Positions 13,201 through 25,200 of a stretch of DNA of 64,000 nt are shown here, one piece after another. Source of the stretch: Nageia nagi (taxonomy: Eukaryota > Plantae > Pinophyta). The notes beneath the pieces are model-generated. The model saw only the letters and a list, made by a program, of their open reading frames with translations, searched no databases and was not told the origin of the DNA. A program made the translations under genes and the position numbers. Each line of letters begins with the position of its first letter. Positions within the stretch are counted from its first letter, which is position 1. The stretch is from the NCBI GenBank assembly GCA_050084985.1, contig JBITNC010000002.1, positions 11,470,001-11,534,000 of the forward strand. The letters run 5' to 3'.

Positions 13201-14270
13201 CTATATAAAAAAAATGTAAAATAATAAGCATGTGTTTTCAATGAACCAAGTAAATAATATATGTTATATTCAACACTAAAGACATGTTTGATTTGATTCA
13301 CAAGTGCAAATATTTTACAATTCAATTAATAACCCATGTACCCAAATACATTTCTCATCTCAAAAATCATAGATGTAGAGTGATAATGTTGAGGCTTGTT
13401 TTCTTGTCTAAAATTAGGCCTTCAACTGGATGCCCACACAAGAGAAGCCCAAGTACTACCAATCCTCAACCAATTCTCCTTGGGCAGCAATATACTCTCA
13501 TAAGGAGAAGTACTAGCTATTTTTCAAGGTTTTGATATTTATTGGATCGACCAAATTATTAATCTTGATTAGGTTTCAAGTTATCCTCCTAGGTTATTAG
13601 GATAATCCCTGAAGGAAATGCATAATAAGGAGAAGTGTAATCTCCTTAGGCAAGATTTTTGTAAAAATTAAAAAACTATTTTATAAAGTTTTACATATGT
13701 AAACCCTCACCCTCCTCATTGGCAAAAAAAATTATTTGTCAGAATAATCAACCCAATAAAATTTTGCATACGGTTTTGAAGGAAAAAATGAAGTATATAT
13801 ATTTTACTCAACTGTAATATAAAAAAAAGCTATGCAAAATATAGTAATATAATGGGTAATTTTAAGATTACCATTTTTTTATTTTACTAACAATAAGACA
13901 TTTTAATGAGAAAGAAATAATGTAACAAAATATATTGCTATAAAATATTTGCATGTAAATTTGAAGGAAAAAAAATATAGATAGATTTTTTTTTACTCAA
14001 CTTTTGATAATAAAAACCTTCAAAAATAATGAAATATATGTAAAAAATTATAGCAATATGATAGGAAACTAACAATAATACATGTTAGTATGCAACAAAA
14101 ATATATTGCTATGTTAAGTAAATCAAGATAAAGAGAAGTAAGATTATACCTTGAATCACTTTTACCTCTCAATGGAGTGAAGGATAAAGAATGAGGACCT
14201 CCAAGATGAAGATGTAGAGCCTCAACTCTAAGGATGTGAAGAGGGGCCTTCAAGTTGCTCTGATACCAAT

Positions 14271-14747
14271 TGAAAACATTGAACTATAACAAGAACAATC
14301 CTAAACTACCAAGATCACATGAAAGCTTACAATTACATTTAACAAATACACAAAACAATATCACAACACAAGATGTAAAGTGGTTCCTCCAATTAGGAGT
14401 ACATCCACTAACTATACCTTTACTTCTTTCACAAATACAACTCTCTTACAATCCTCCTAATCTCAACTTCTACACTTCTATCCTATAGCATAACCTTACT
14501 CCACAATTGGTATGTTAATACAAAGAGGGAGCCTTCTATGTATAGGCCAAAATCTCTTTTTGGATTACCTAAGCATGACATGCATATATTTGACCCAAGG
14601 GGCATGCTCATAACTTGGAGTGTAGGACAAGTTACATTATTATATCCACTAAAATACTTAAGGTATCAAACAATACCCTTAAGTATTAGTGAATTTACAT
14701 AGAAGATTTAATACAACCTTTATAATAATGCATTATACATTCCAACA
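14271..14747 (-). repeat. 5' LTR of copia copy 2 (~477 bp)
   Basis: TG...CA termini, adjacent PBS, homology to 5908-6405. Confidence 0.92.
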
Positions 14748-15826
14748 AGTTGTAGGGGCTATTGGTGGTTCTTCCACTAGAACAAGTTGTTGGGGAGCAA
14801 TGGTTGGTTCTTGAACTCGGGGTGGATGATTACGATGGTTGGAAACCACTTGCCATTCATCGTTGCCACCCTTGGTAGAAGCAACTGAGGCTATAGCTGT
14901 TAGGAAGGCAGATAAAGTTTGTTCTTTGAATCTTCCTACCATAAGTGGGCAGTCCCAAATCTTGTGAGCAAAGGATTAACAACAATAGCAAGTGTTCAAG
15001 AGGTTGATGTAGACCACCCTTTGATGAAGAATCAATTCTTTAATATGCACATCAATAAACTCTTGGAGATCTTTAGTGAGGCAAACTTTAACACAAACTT
15101 ACCGAGAGGACTGAGTCGAGAAGAACCTTTTTGGTTCAAAGCAAACAAAAGACCCTAATGTTTTAGCTAAGGTATGCAAATACTTCCAACATAAAATATG
15201 TAACCCAGCAAACTCAAGCCACATTGGGACTTCAATGGTAACCTCACTATCAACTGTAAAGTATCTATGGTATATTTGCAGAATTAATAGGAAATTTTGA
15301 ACCGTCCATGTTCCTTTGTTCAACACTTTTTGTGCATGTGCAAAGTTAGAGAAATGAAATAGAAAATAGCCCTTGGTGAGGTTCTGGACATTTTCTACCT
15401 TAATACTATAAGGGGTCCAAACTTGGCTAACCCAAGAATGCAACATGGAGTCATTGGGGATCCTACCTAGAAAATAACCCACCAGGGTATGCGATTCAAA
15501 CCATTGACAAGTAGCACTAAAATCTTCTACACGAATAAATGCTTGGGGAATAGAACCTTTACCTCATGTTCCACCTCCAATAGAAACTTGCGGGGATGTT
15601 TCCCTGGTGCCATTGCTCACTCCAGCTACTTCACCATCAAGTGAATAGTTGGTAAGAGTGGTGACCATAATAAAGGGCAGTGGAATCACCCAAGGTGGGC
15701 ATAAATGTGATGTCCAATCAAGTTAATATCTCAAAAAATCTTTGAAGAGAAAAAGCAATGTGACAGGAAAACCAAAACCCTAAACTCAGAAACATGAAGA
15801 AGGTTCGACTCTCAACTCTACACACT
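14748..15826 (-). mobile_element. L1-clade LINE 5' part: ORF1 (DUF4283-like and zinc-knuckle region) and 5' UTR
   Basis: GYFLGRIP..WVSQVW..GYFLFHF..VPMWLEF (15099..15482) is typical of plant L1 ORF1 and continues the LINE at 6406-8729. Confidence 0.85.
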
Positions 15827-17544
15827 TGAATATACCCTCAATCCATCAAAACTTAAAAAAAATAAAAGATGTTCAAAGAACTGCCAAATTCCATGGCTGA
15901 TTCTATGGTAAAACATTGAATCTTCTTCCATTGTATGTTAGAATAAAAGAAATAGACAAAAAATAATCCAAATACCATAGAGCTTCTGAAATCAAGCCTT
16001 CAGATAAGAAAGTTATCATCAACAAAATACTCATTGGTTGAGAAAAGAGACTCCGTACTTTAAATTTACTAAAATAACATACAATAACAAATAACCAAAA
16101 ACTTCTCCAACTAACACTTATACATATAATATAGTCCACGAGCTTTACATATTGATGGAGATGTCAAGTTTCGATATAAAGATTCATATTCAAGTCTTTC
16201 GAGGCTTGAAAATTTTAAAGTTAAAAATTTTAGGGTTAAATTCAAATCCATTAGAAAACATCAAAAAAGTAATGAAATGTCCCATTCTCCAATCTAATTA
16301 AAAAAACCTATACATTATATATATACTTCCATTTGCTTCAAAATAAAAAATTACTTCCTATTTCCTACTAACGTGGTCAAACAAAATCCGAGTGTGACGC
16401 TGTCGTACGCAAATGTTTCAGCATCAATTGCCAATATGAATGGGAAGGCAAGGAAGTCCAAGGCAAAGCATATGCGAAGCCGCTTAAAAGAATCAAGGTA
16501 TAGAGGACCCTTTCAATAACCGATAGCCACAAGTAAAGGAAAAGTGCTATGGATGCCTTTTATTTCACTTCATCTCACTGAGCTTTGCAGCCGGGAAGCA
16601 TGGCATCGAATCAACATTTATATAGATAGGTACGTTTCTATACAGGTTAATGATTTCTTCACGATCTTGCTACTCTGGGCTAACGTAACTGTGATCTTAT
16701 TGGGCCAGATCTCTTTAGTCATTGTGAAGAACTTGGCAAATGCTAATGGGGTGCCTTCAGATTTTGTTGCTGTTATTGCTATGGAGTATATGTTTTCTGG
16801 GTTGTACGGGAGACGTTCCCTCATCATCCTATTATCACAGAGCGTAAGTGGGTCCTTCTCTTCTTGTTTGATAATATCAATTCCGTACGTATCGGATATG
16901 CAATGCAATGCAATGCGATGCCCATTGAAGGATTTCAATGCCCATTACAGGTTCCATAATCCGGTGAAGCATTTCAATGTGTATTATAGGATTTTAGTTG
17001 GGTAATGCTTACAAGGAAAAATGGCAAAAGTTTAAGGATGATTAAGGTTATTAGGAACTTATTTGGATGGTTTTAACTTTACAATGTAATGGGAAAGATG
17101 GGTTTCAATGAGAAGTGTTGGAAAAGGTAGGATTGCAGAAATATTGTTGACCTTTGATTAGTTAGAAACACGCATTTTTCAGTTCATTTATATTCAAGTA
17201 CTTCATGGCTCCAAATTTCTTTTTCTTTTCTATGGCATTCAAGATTTTAGAACCCCCACTCATCAACATATCCAAGCGTTTAATAAAATGGCTATGTTAT
17301 CGCTATGCATTATTGGGCAGTGGCCATCAAGGGGTAAGGATGATAATGGAGACATTTAGACATTTAAATGAAGAAAACAAGTGAATTTTGAAAACATTTT
17401 TTACCTGGTAGATTCCCCTAGCCTGGAACCTCTTCTAGTATCTCAGCTCTGGACTTTGTCTGTATCACTAGCCTCATTCGTTGAGTATTTCCAATGAGGG
17501 AAGGCACACTGAGATCAACAGTAACACATGTTGACACATTGACA

Positions 17545-17617
17545 TGTCTCCTAAGAATTTGAACTTGGGTTCCACTGTGCAAATCCGTTTACTTATCACT
17601 TCAGCTCATCACACTCA
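17545..17617 (-). mobile_element. Degenerate tRNA-derived (SINE-head-like) segment
   Basis: A-box-like TGAGCTGAAGTGA and B-box-like AGTTCAAATTC at tRNA spacing. Confidence 0.4.
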
Positions 17618-20107
17618 ACAATTATTTATGTTATTTATTGTTTTATTTTCTGAATATACTGTGATATGTAAATTACTAACCAGCTCACAATGGGCTGACC
17701 AAGATTAACCATACACCTCTTCTTCCCATTTTGGTGCTTTACCACCTAAGGTATACGAGTCTTGAAAACATTATTATTTTTTGTTCTCTATGTATTTTGT
17801 GTTTTTAAGAAGCAAATAACTGTGTTTAGGCCATGAATCAGTGTACAGTATATCTACCTCAGCTCTTGTCCTTTATGTTATAGCCCCAACCTATGGAAAA
17901 ATGTTTCCAAAAGAGTCGAATGCAGAATGAGGCACATGAGAAAAAGGTGCTTAGCATCATGAATGTTGTATGGTAATCCAAACATAAGATAGATCTTTTT
18001 ACTATATGGGTATTGGGAGTAGTTGATGACGTGGTTAACCAAGTTCTGCTCCCATTTGTTACATTGGACAACATATGCAATGTCCGTTTTGTGTTACTAT
18101 ATTGAGTGGAGTTCTCAAGTTGAAAACAATTGGGGACTAGCAACATATTTTAAATGAAACGTAATTACCATGGGGGTTTGGTTTTGCATATGACATATTG
18201 TGGTAGTAATCACCCCTCCTCACTGGTAGAGCACAGCCTGACAGACTGGATCAAAAAATAGTTTTGTTGTTTAAAAAGTTGAATAAGCTAGACATGTTCT
18301 TATTTTAAAGCTATAGCTCGTATTTTCAATGATAATGTGCAAGTTATATGGTATCAGATGGAGCGGTGAAGAGCAAGATCCATAGATTAATTAAAATTTT
18401 GATATCCTTATACTCTTGAAATATCCGGATTTGCTTTCATTTGTGCCAAGAACTTGGTCAGCAGAGTGAAAATCATGTAGATATTTGTCACAAAAACATA
18501 TCAGTTAAGCACCTTAATCTATGCCCATGGGCAGATAGTACGTGAATGTATAAAGTGCTTTCAACATTTTGCAAACAATTCAAACTGATAAAATAATCAG
18601 AAATCATCTGTCACTAGTATATGGATGACATCTGTTGTCATAAAGTTAGTGATATGACATTGACGATGATCTCTCTACAGGGTGTTGTATATTGTTGAGA
18701 AATTATTGGGAAATGAAAAAGATAGAGAAGACTGTTAGGGCTTGTCCACAAGACCAGGAAAGTTACTGTGATACTGTTGTTATGTGCCAGATCTGTTGGA
18801 ATTGTGATGCTTATGAAACAAGAAGACAAACTTTACTTGTGTCCATGTAGTGCGCAAGTGTCAACTTAGTCATTCATTTGAGAATTGTAAGTGTAACTGT
18901 GTATATTATTTGTTATGACATAGATAGAAAATATATAATTGAAGGGAAGACAAAATGTCATTTCCAGTCCCTACGATAGAGCAGTATTAGTTGTTAGTAG
19001 TAGATTGTATGAAAAAATCAGTTGGTTTGAGTTGCAGGTGAGTGTAACTCATCTTGTCACTGTGTTGTGGAACTGAGTAATTGAAGACAGTCATTTATAC
19101 TCCTTTCTTCCTTACGCGTCTGATTCGTAAATGCTGAATTTGTCTTAGGTTCGTCATATAGAATCCTTTCCTGCAAGTGTAAACTCATTTCTGCTCTTAT
19201 TCCTTGAATGCCCACGTTCTGGTACCCTTAGTCCTAGAACGCTACATTTTGGCACCCCTGTCTTAGAATGCTGGCGTTCTGGTCCTGGGTGTTTTTCAGG
19301 CTCAGTGGAGTTGGAATTTCATAAGATGTGGGATGCACTAACATTTTTGCAACTTGAATTTGAAAAATCTAAAAAATGTCAAAAACTATGCAAAATCCAA
19401 AAATAAATTGGAATTGCATAATATGATACTACCAAGAAGTAAAATTTGAATATTTTTGCACAATGCAGCATCCAGATGAATACATCCTTGGAAAAAGACT
19501 TATCTCAAAGATTGGATAAAACTAAGCTAGAATAAACCCTTTTTCTCAGACATTGCGATAGAAACTAAATCCAACAATATTCTTCAAAAATAGAAAACAA
19601 CAACTAAATCTTGGTAGTTAATATGAAGAAGAGAGTAAAAGATTACAAAAACTTCCCTGAGAAGGGTATGGTTTAAATTCTTAAGCCCAAAGACTCCAAG
19701 AGAAGTATGGATGCTGCACTTGGGCAAGAGGTGTCCCAGATTGTGACCACAGTTTTCTTCTTATCCAAAAGAACCTCCTATTCTTAGGTTTACGAGGCTT
19801 TTTATATTTTCTTTTATTCTTTTTGCTGTTTACATGTGGGATAAATAACAAGAAGTTACTTTATCCAATGCACATAACTTAAAGTAACTTTTCCCTTTTC
19901 CATACCAACACTAATTTAAGTTACTTCAGAAACAACTGTATTGAATCTACCTCTAATTCCTTCCTTTTAAGTATGTAAAAGGCATTTGACCCCAGGAAAC
20001 TTTTTCCATAAGACCATGACTATATAATATATGAACAAAAAAGTTCATAATAGTTAGACAGAGAGGTAACATGCTTTATGATATTGTAAGCACACTTTGG
20101 ACTAGAG

Positions 20108-20265
20108 GAAAGAAAGAAAGAAAGAAATTTTATTAACGTCCACGGGAGACCAAGAGCGGTCTATGGGATGACTGTAGGGAGTACATTGTATCACTCTTGG
20201 TGGGATTTGAACATGAGACACTCTGTGAAACAGGGTCACAACATGACCAACTCAACCAACAGACT
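20108..20265 (-). mobile_element. tRNA-derived SINE with LINE-derived 3' tail and (TTTC)5 end
   Basis: A box TGGTTGAGTTGG (20247-20258) and B box GTTCAAATCC. The 3' 38 nt match the LINE end at 22575-22612 (32/38). Five GAAA repeats on + at 20108-20127. Confidence 0.8.
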
Positions 20266-21738
20266 GTAGTAAATTTATGGAAGACAAGGACAAAAACTTG
20301 GGAAGTGGATGATACGGAAACTTACATAAGTTACAAGTGCTGAAAATGACATGCAGTCTCCAGTTAATAGTCTCCTTTATTGGAGGTTCCAGTGGTAGCA
20401 GTTCAGCTACCTGGGAGGAACTTGTGCCAGTTTATGGCTAATGATTCCTTGAGTTAAAATACTTGATTTTGACCAATGCTTGGTCTGGTTTGATCCTATG
20501 ACCATAAACATGGGTGTATGGATTTTCAATGAGTATTATGGATGGCTATGTGTGAATTTGATACTAGCAACATACAAGTACTAGAATGAATGGTAATTTT
20601 GGAACTCAGTAATCAATTTGTTTGGGGACAAAGACACATCTTTGTCATTTTCTTGGTCAATTGTTTCATCCAATTATGCTCTAAAGTGGTTGTCTGTTTG
20701 GGTGTTACCAAACTGTTGGTAAACCGTATAATCAGCTATTACATCATAATATGGTGGTTTGTAGGTATCTAATATCTTACTTACGTAATGGCATAGTAAC
20801 TAGTAGTTAGTTCTAATGTTGAACGTGTGGTTATTTAAGCTTAGACATAGATGGTGAACTGCTGAAGTCCATGTATGTGATGCTTCAGCTTCGTGTGCAA
20901 ATTGCTATAATTGTAAAGACTTTCTAATACTTGAAAAGATTTTAGAGTCTTGTCTTAGCAGACTTGGCTAAGCTTGGGAAAGTCTTTTTAAGATCTGCAC
21001 ATTCTCAATGCTATGGAACAACCAGCCGAAATGGTAAAAGACATCCTATTCATATATGTTTATTAATTATCGTTTTATTATTCAATAATTTGCCACCTTT
21101 CAATCTTTCCATATCAAATCAAACTAATTGCTATCAAGTTATGAACTGCCATTGGTCTTTATTTGCATCAAGACATGCTTGATTCATGAGTTGATTTCGT
21201 TTATATCCCAGTTGTGAACTGTGATTGTCTTGCATAAGGTAGCTCTTAGGTCCTTATTATTCATGAAATTTGCTCAATTTCTACCCATCTTTTAGTTCAA
21301 AATTCAAAATTCAAAATGAATATTGTTTTTCCATTGGACCTTTCCTTAATTGATTTTTATCATTTGCTTTTTGTCCTCATTGTATGTAAGAAGCTGCTTT
21401 TTGTTTGCATTGCCAATTGATACTTGGATATGTATTTCCAATGTATATAAACTCATTACCTCATTATGAAAGCTGTGTTAATCACCTTGGATAAGTTGTG
21501 TTAAATTATCTCATTACTGCCTTCATTTTATGAGCTTCCCAACTTGTTTTTTTAAAGTGACATTTACTAAGCACTTGTAAATATTAACTATATCCAAAAT
21601 CATTTCCTCTATCATATGCTGCATTTAGGATTCTTTTTACTCAGAAATATGGTTACAACATTTTGTCTTATCTGTGCTTACTATTTCTGACATGCTACAT
21701 ATTGACCCTAGACAATCACATGTGGCACTAGACCTTGA

Positions 21739-21901
21739 TGGGTTCTGAAATAAAGAGGATTGACTGCACATACAAATTAACTACCCTTGGCAAATGTTTT
21801 GCAAGGAACATAATGAATGTGGGTTCTGAAATATAGAGGATTGACTGCACAGACAATTTAACCAGCCTTGGTAAATTCTTTGCAAGGAATATAATGAATG
21901 T
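21739..21901. repeat. 81-bp tandem duplication
   Basis: Two copies of TGGGTTCTGAAAT..GAGGATTGACTGCACA...AATGAATGT. Confidence 0.9.
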
Positions 21902-22137
21902 ACATTATGTACTGTGCGGCTTTATCCTAGTTCTATTTTTGCTTTGTTTCTTGAATAATAGCAGTCTCTTTGCAAATTAACCATGATTTTGCATTCTGCT
22001 GATTTTCTAAGTCTTTTATTACAGGCTAAAACATTTTCATCCTAAGCCTTTTATTTTTGGCCATCTTCACTTTTTTTGTAGCATGTTCTTTTAATTTCTG
22101 TGTAATATGATTGAAAATAATAAATATTCTGGTGCAG

Positions 22138-22240
22138 GTTTCCCATAATAGAGCCAGATGCTGGACATACAAAATTGGTTATTGCAAATGAAGGATTAAA
22201 TGCAATATCTAGAATAACAAATCCAATAGCAGCAGTTGCG
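22138..22240 (+). CDS. GBPL2: GBPL exon (FPIIEPDAGHTKLVIANEGLNAISRITNPIAAVA)
   Basis: tgcag/ acceptor and /gtatgt donor; typical GBP N-terminus. Confidence 0.9.
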
Positions 22241-25200
22241 GTATGTATGAGCTCTACATAAAATATACCATTAGATGGCATGCTTGAATGTATTCTACAA
22301 GATTGGAAAGTTCTAGAGCTTTTGATGCTATAATATTAAAAAAAGAGCACTATGCCTTTATATTACCATTTAATTAGTTGTTTTGCCTATTGAAGGGTTT
22401 GAAATAATGGAACTTATTACAGGTTTCTTCACTTGTGCATTCCAACATGTTTATTTTCAATTCCCCTCTTGATGAGATGTGCACAAGGCCAAACTTGTTT
22501 ATAGTGTTAGATATTGTTGATTGCTTCCAATTATTCCTTTTTTTTGGTAAAAGAAAAAGAAAGAAAAGAAAATATATTAATGTCCACAGGTGACCAAAAA
22601 CGGTCAATGGGACTGGAAGGTACAAGTGTGCAAAGCAACATGCGGGGCCCTAGTGACCCAAAATAACAAACAAAGTAGCTTGCCGAAAACAATAGAGGGG
22701 CTAAGCCCTAGCAAGGAAACGCAAAAATGAACAAAAGACCTAGTGAAAACAAGCTTAGTCTGTCGGTGATATGGCCGACGAGATTGCCTCGGTGCTGCTG
22801 TGGCTAAAGAAGGAAGTGATCTACTGCGATCTCAGGGAAACAGGGTCCTCACACGCTCTGTTTGGTACATCGTGCTGGTGGAAGAGAGTCCTCTCTCCTC
22901 CTCTTGTGAACCCTCTCTTATGAGGAAGCTCGAAAGAATGAGGTAATCAGACGGTCCCTAGTCGTGCTATGGGTGTCAATCTTGTTGGATAATAAGCTTT
23001 TCGTGTGAAGGAAAGTCTCTCTGAGATAAAGTGCCGCACAATGTTGGTTCGAGAACTGAAAGAATGCCGAAATTGAGTTGCAGGAGTCTCAAAAAGGGCA
23101 GTGATATTGCCCTTGGATCTCATAGTATATCGAACACCTGAAGATGAAATGATCCTCAGTCTTCGGCTCAAGTGAGCACAGTCGGCAGACTTTGAGATCA
23201 CAAGCTAAATGGTGATCGGTCTTGATCCGTAGCTGATGGGAACACACTCTGAACTGTCCAAGGAACAAATGCAAGCCAAGAGGGAGGTGTAAACTTATTT
23301 ACCTTTAGGGGGATTATTGATCCACCATCAAGTTGCAGGAAGTGTTGGGAGTACTATAACAACTTGGGTGTGAGGGGGAGTTGGGGGGTCACCCAAGTGC
23401 ATAGAATATATGCCTTGTAAATCACATCTTTGATCAAAGCCAAAGTATCCTCTGTATCTCTATGAGCATCACTTTGAGGTATAGGTAACGGGTCAGGTGA
23501 AAACCCAAAGTGTTGTAATGTCTCGGAGACCTCGATGAACCAGCACCGGCGACATCCTTGCGTTGCCAGGTCCATGGACAAAGCCAAGGCTCTATATGGG
23601 AGTCTCACCTCTCCTCGTGGAGGCAAAGCTATGGAGACGCCGAAGAAAAAGGGTCAACATCGCTAGGGACCAAACTTGTAGAGCTTGACAGCCAAACTCC
23701 GCAAACATAATGTGATGTGGGACGGATCTCTTGCTCCGAATGGAGCGAGATAAAGTGCTGACCAGAATCCTCTCCACTGTGGCCCAATCAGAACTCCTTG
23801 AGTTGGGACCCCAAACCTCGGAGCCATACAACAATGTGGGGGTGGCAAAAGCATGGAATAATTGGAGCTTGGTCGGGACATCCTAGAAATGGAGCTTGAT
23901 ACATTGTCTCTTAAGGGAGGAAACCGTTGCATATCCTCGATGAACTATAGGTGGGATTGCCTCTCTCATGGAGAAACGACGACCCGTGAGAAGTACTCCA
24001 AGATAAGTGGAAGAGGTGGCAATCTCAATAACCTTGCCCTGGTATGTGATCTGGGTCTGCTTAGCCATGGCCTTCAAATTGTTGAAGAGCACAACATTGG
24101 TTTTATTGAGATTAACCACTAAATCTTGCCTAGAACTGAACAAATCCAAAGTGCCCATCAAGTGTTGAAGGCTATCTGTCGAGTGTGAGAGTAAGACAAT
24201 GTCATCGGCAAAGAGGAGGATGGGGACTCGACTACTATGGAGAAGGCACTTAGCTTCGAGGCCTGCAGTCTTTAATATAAGTGTCTCCAGCTTGTCAATA
24301 TAGAGATCGAAAAGTGTCGGTGAGAGTGGGCAACCCTGTTTCACACCTATGGTGTTGCATATGTGTAATGTGCCAAATGAACTCTTGTGCCAAATAACCA
24401 ATGAGACTCAACTCTGGTTTCCCAAGACCCTCAATCACACCTTCTAGGCTCTAACATTGGATCTCCCAAGCATTCAATAATTCCCAACACCCATGAAGGC
24501 TTCTCAAGCCAGACGTTGGGCCTGTAGGGCATCAAGCACCTCCACAGGTCTGACGTCAACCCTCCTAGGGTTTCAATGTCACGACACACCCAACGTATGC
24601 TCACAATGATATATATGCAAGTCTACAACACCAACGAATGCCACAATATGGAAAACCAACATAAACAGGATCTAAACCCTAACACATGCACAAGTACACC
24701 AATTGCACCACAAGAATGAGGCAAGAAATATTATTATGAGATCCCAAATTGTCCGAAGGCTTGTACAATGATAGCTGAATACAATATCATGCCCTGTTGG
24801 CCAAATCTAAAAAATCGCACTCTGAATACACACAATCGGAACCATGGGACAAACAAATTCCCTTAGAACTCGAATCCATTCTTGTGAAGGAGCCTCTTCA
24901 AATCCTGGTAGACCATTGAAGGTAGGGATTGGCCCTCGGATGCCACCGAATGGGTTAGATGCTTCACCTAACCATAGATGAATGGGATCTCTCAGCCCAA
25001 ACACCCTCTAGACGCTCCATCTAGGAAGATACACTCAGCACCGCCAAGCTCAGGTAGTCACACGAACAATAAACAATAATAATAATCAATGAGCTAACTT
25101 GCAAAAGAGCTCCCATCGAGTATTTATAAGCTCCAGTCAAATAGTCTACCTCGAAGTCACCATAAGTCCTTCTATTCCAACGTTGGGCATTTGGAGGGGC

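Larger units (their letters stand above)
8730..14747 (-). mobile_element. Ty1/copia LTR retrotransposon, copy 2 (same family as copy 1), no recognisable 3' LTR
   Basis: gag (12232..13092), protease WIVDSGCTNH, integrase, RT YVDDLLI, RNase H ending ~9256. PBS TGGTATCAGAGC at 14257-14268; 5' LTR 14271-14747. Inserted into L1 ORF1 with flanks GGTTG/AGTTG. Confidence 0.92.

Noticed and set aside
16544-17005. 153-aa ORF and the overlapping antisense 106-aa ORF as genes
   Set aside because: No recognisable domain; the ORF reads through a strong splice donor at 16630 and is more likely leader or intron sequence.
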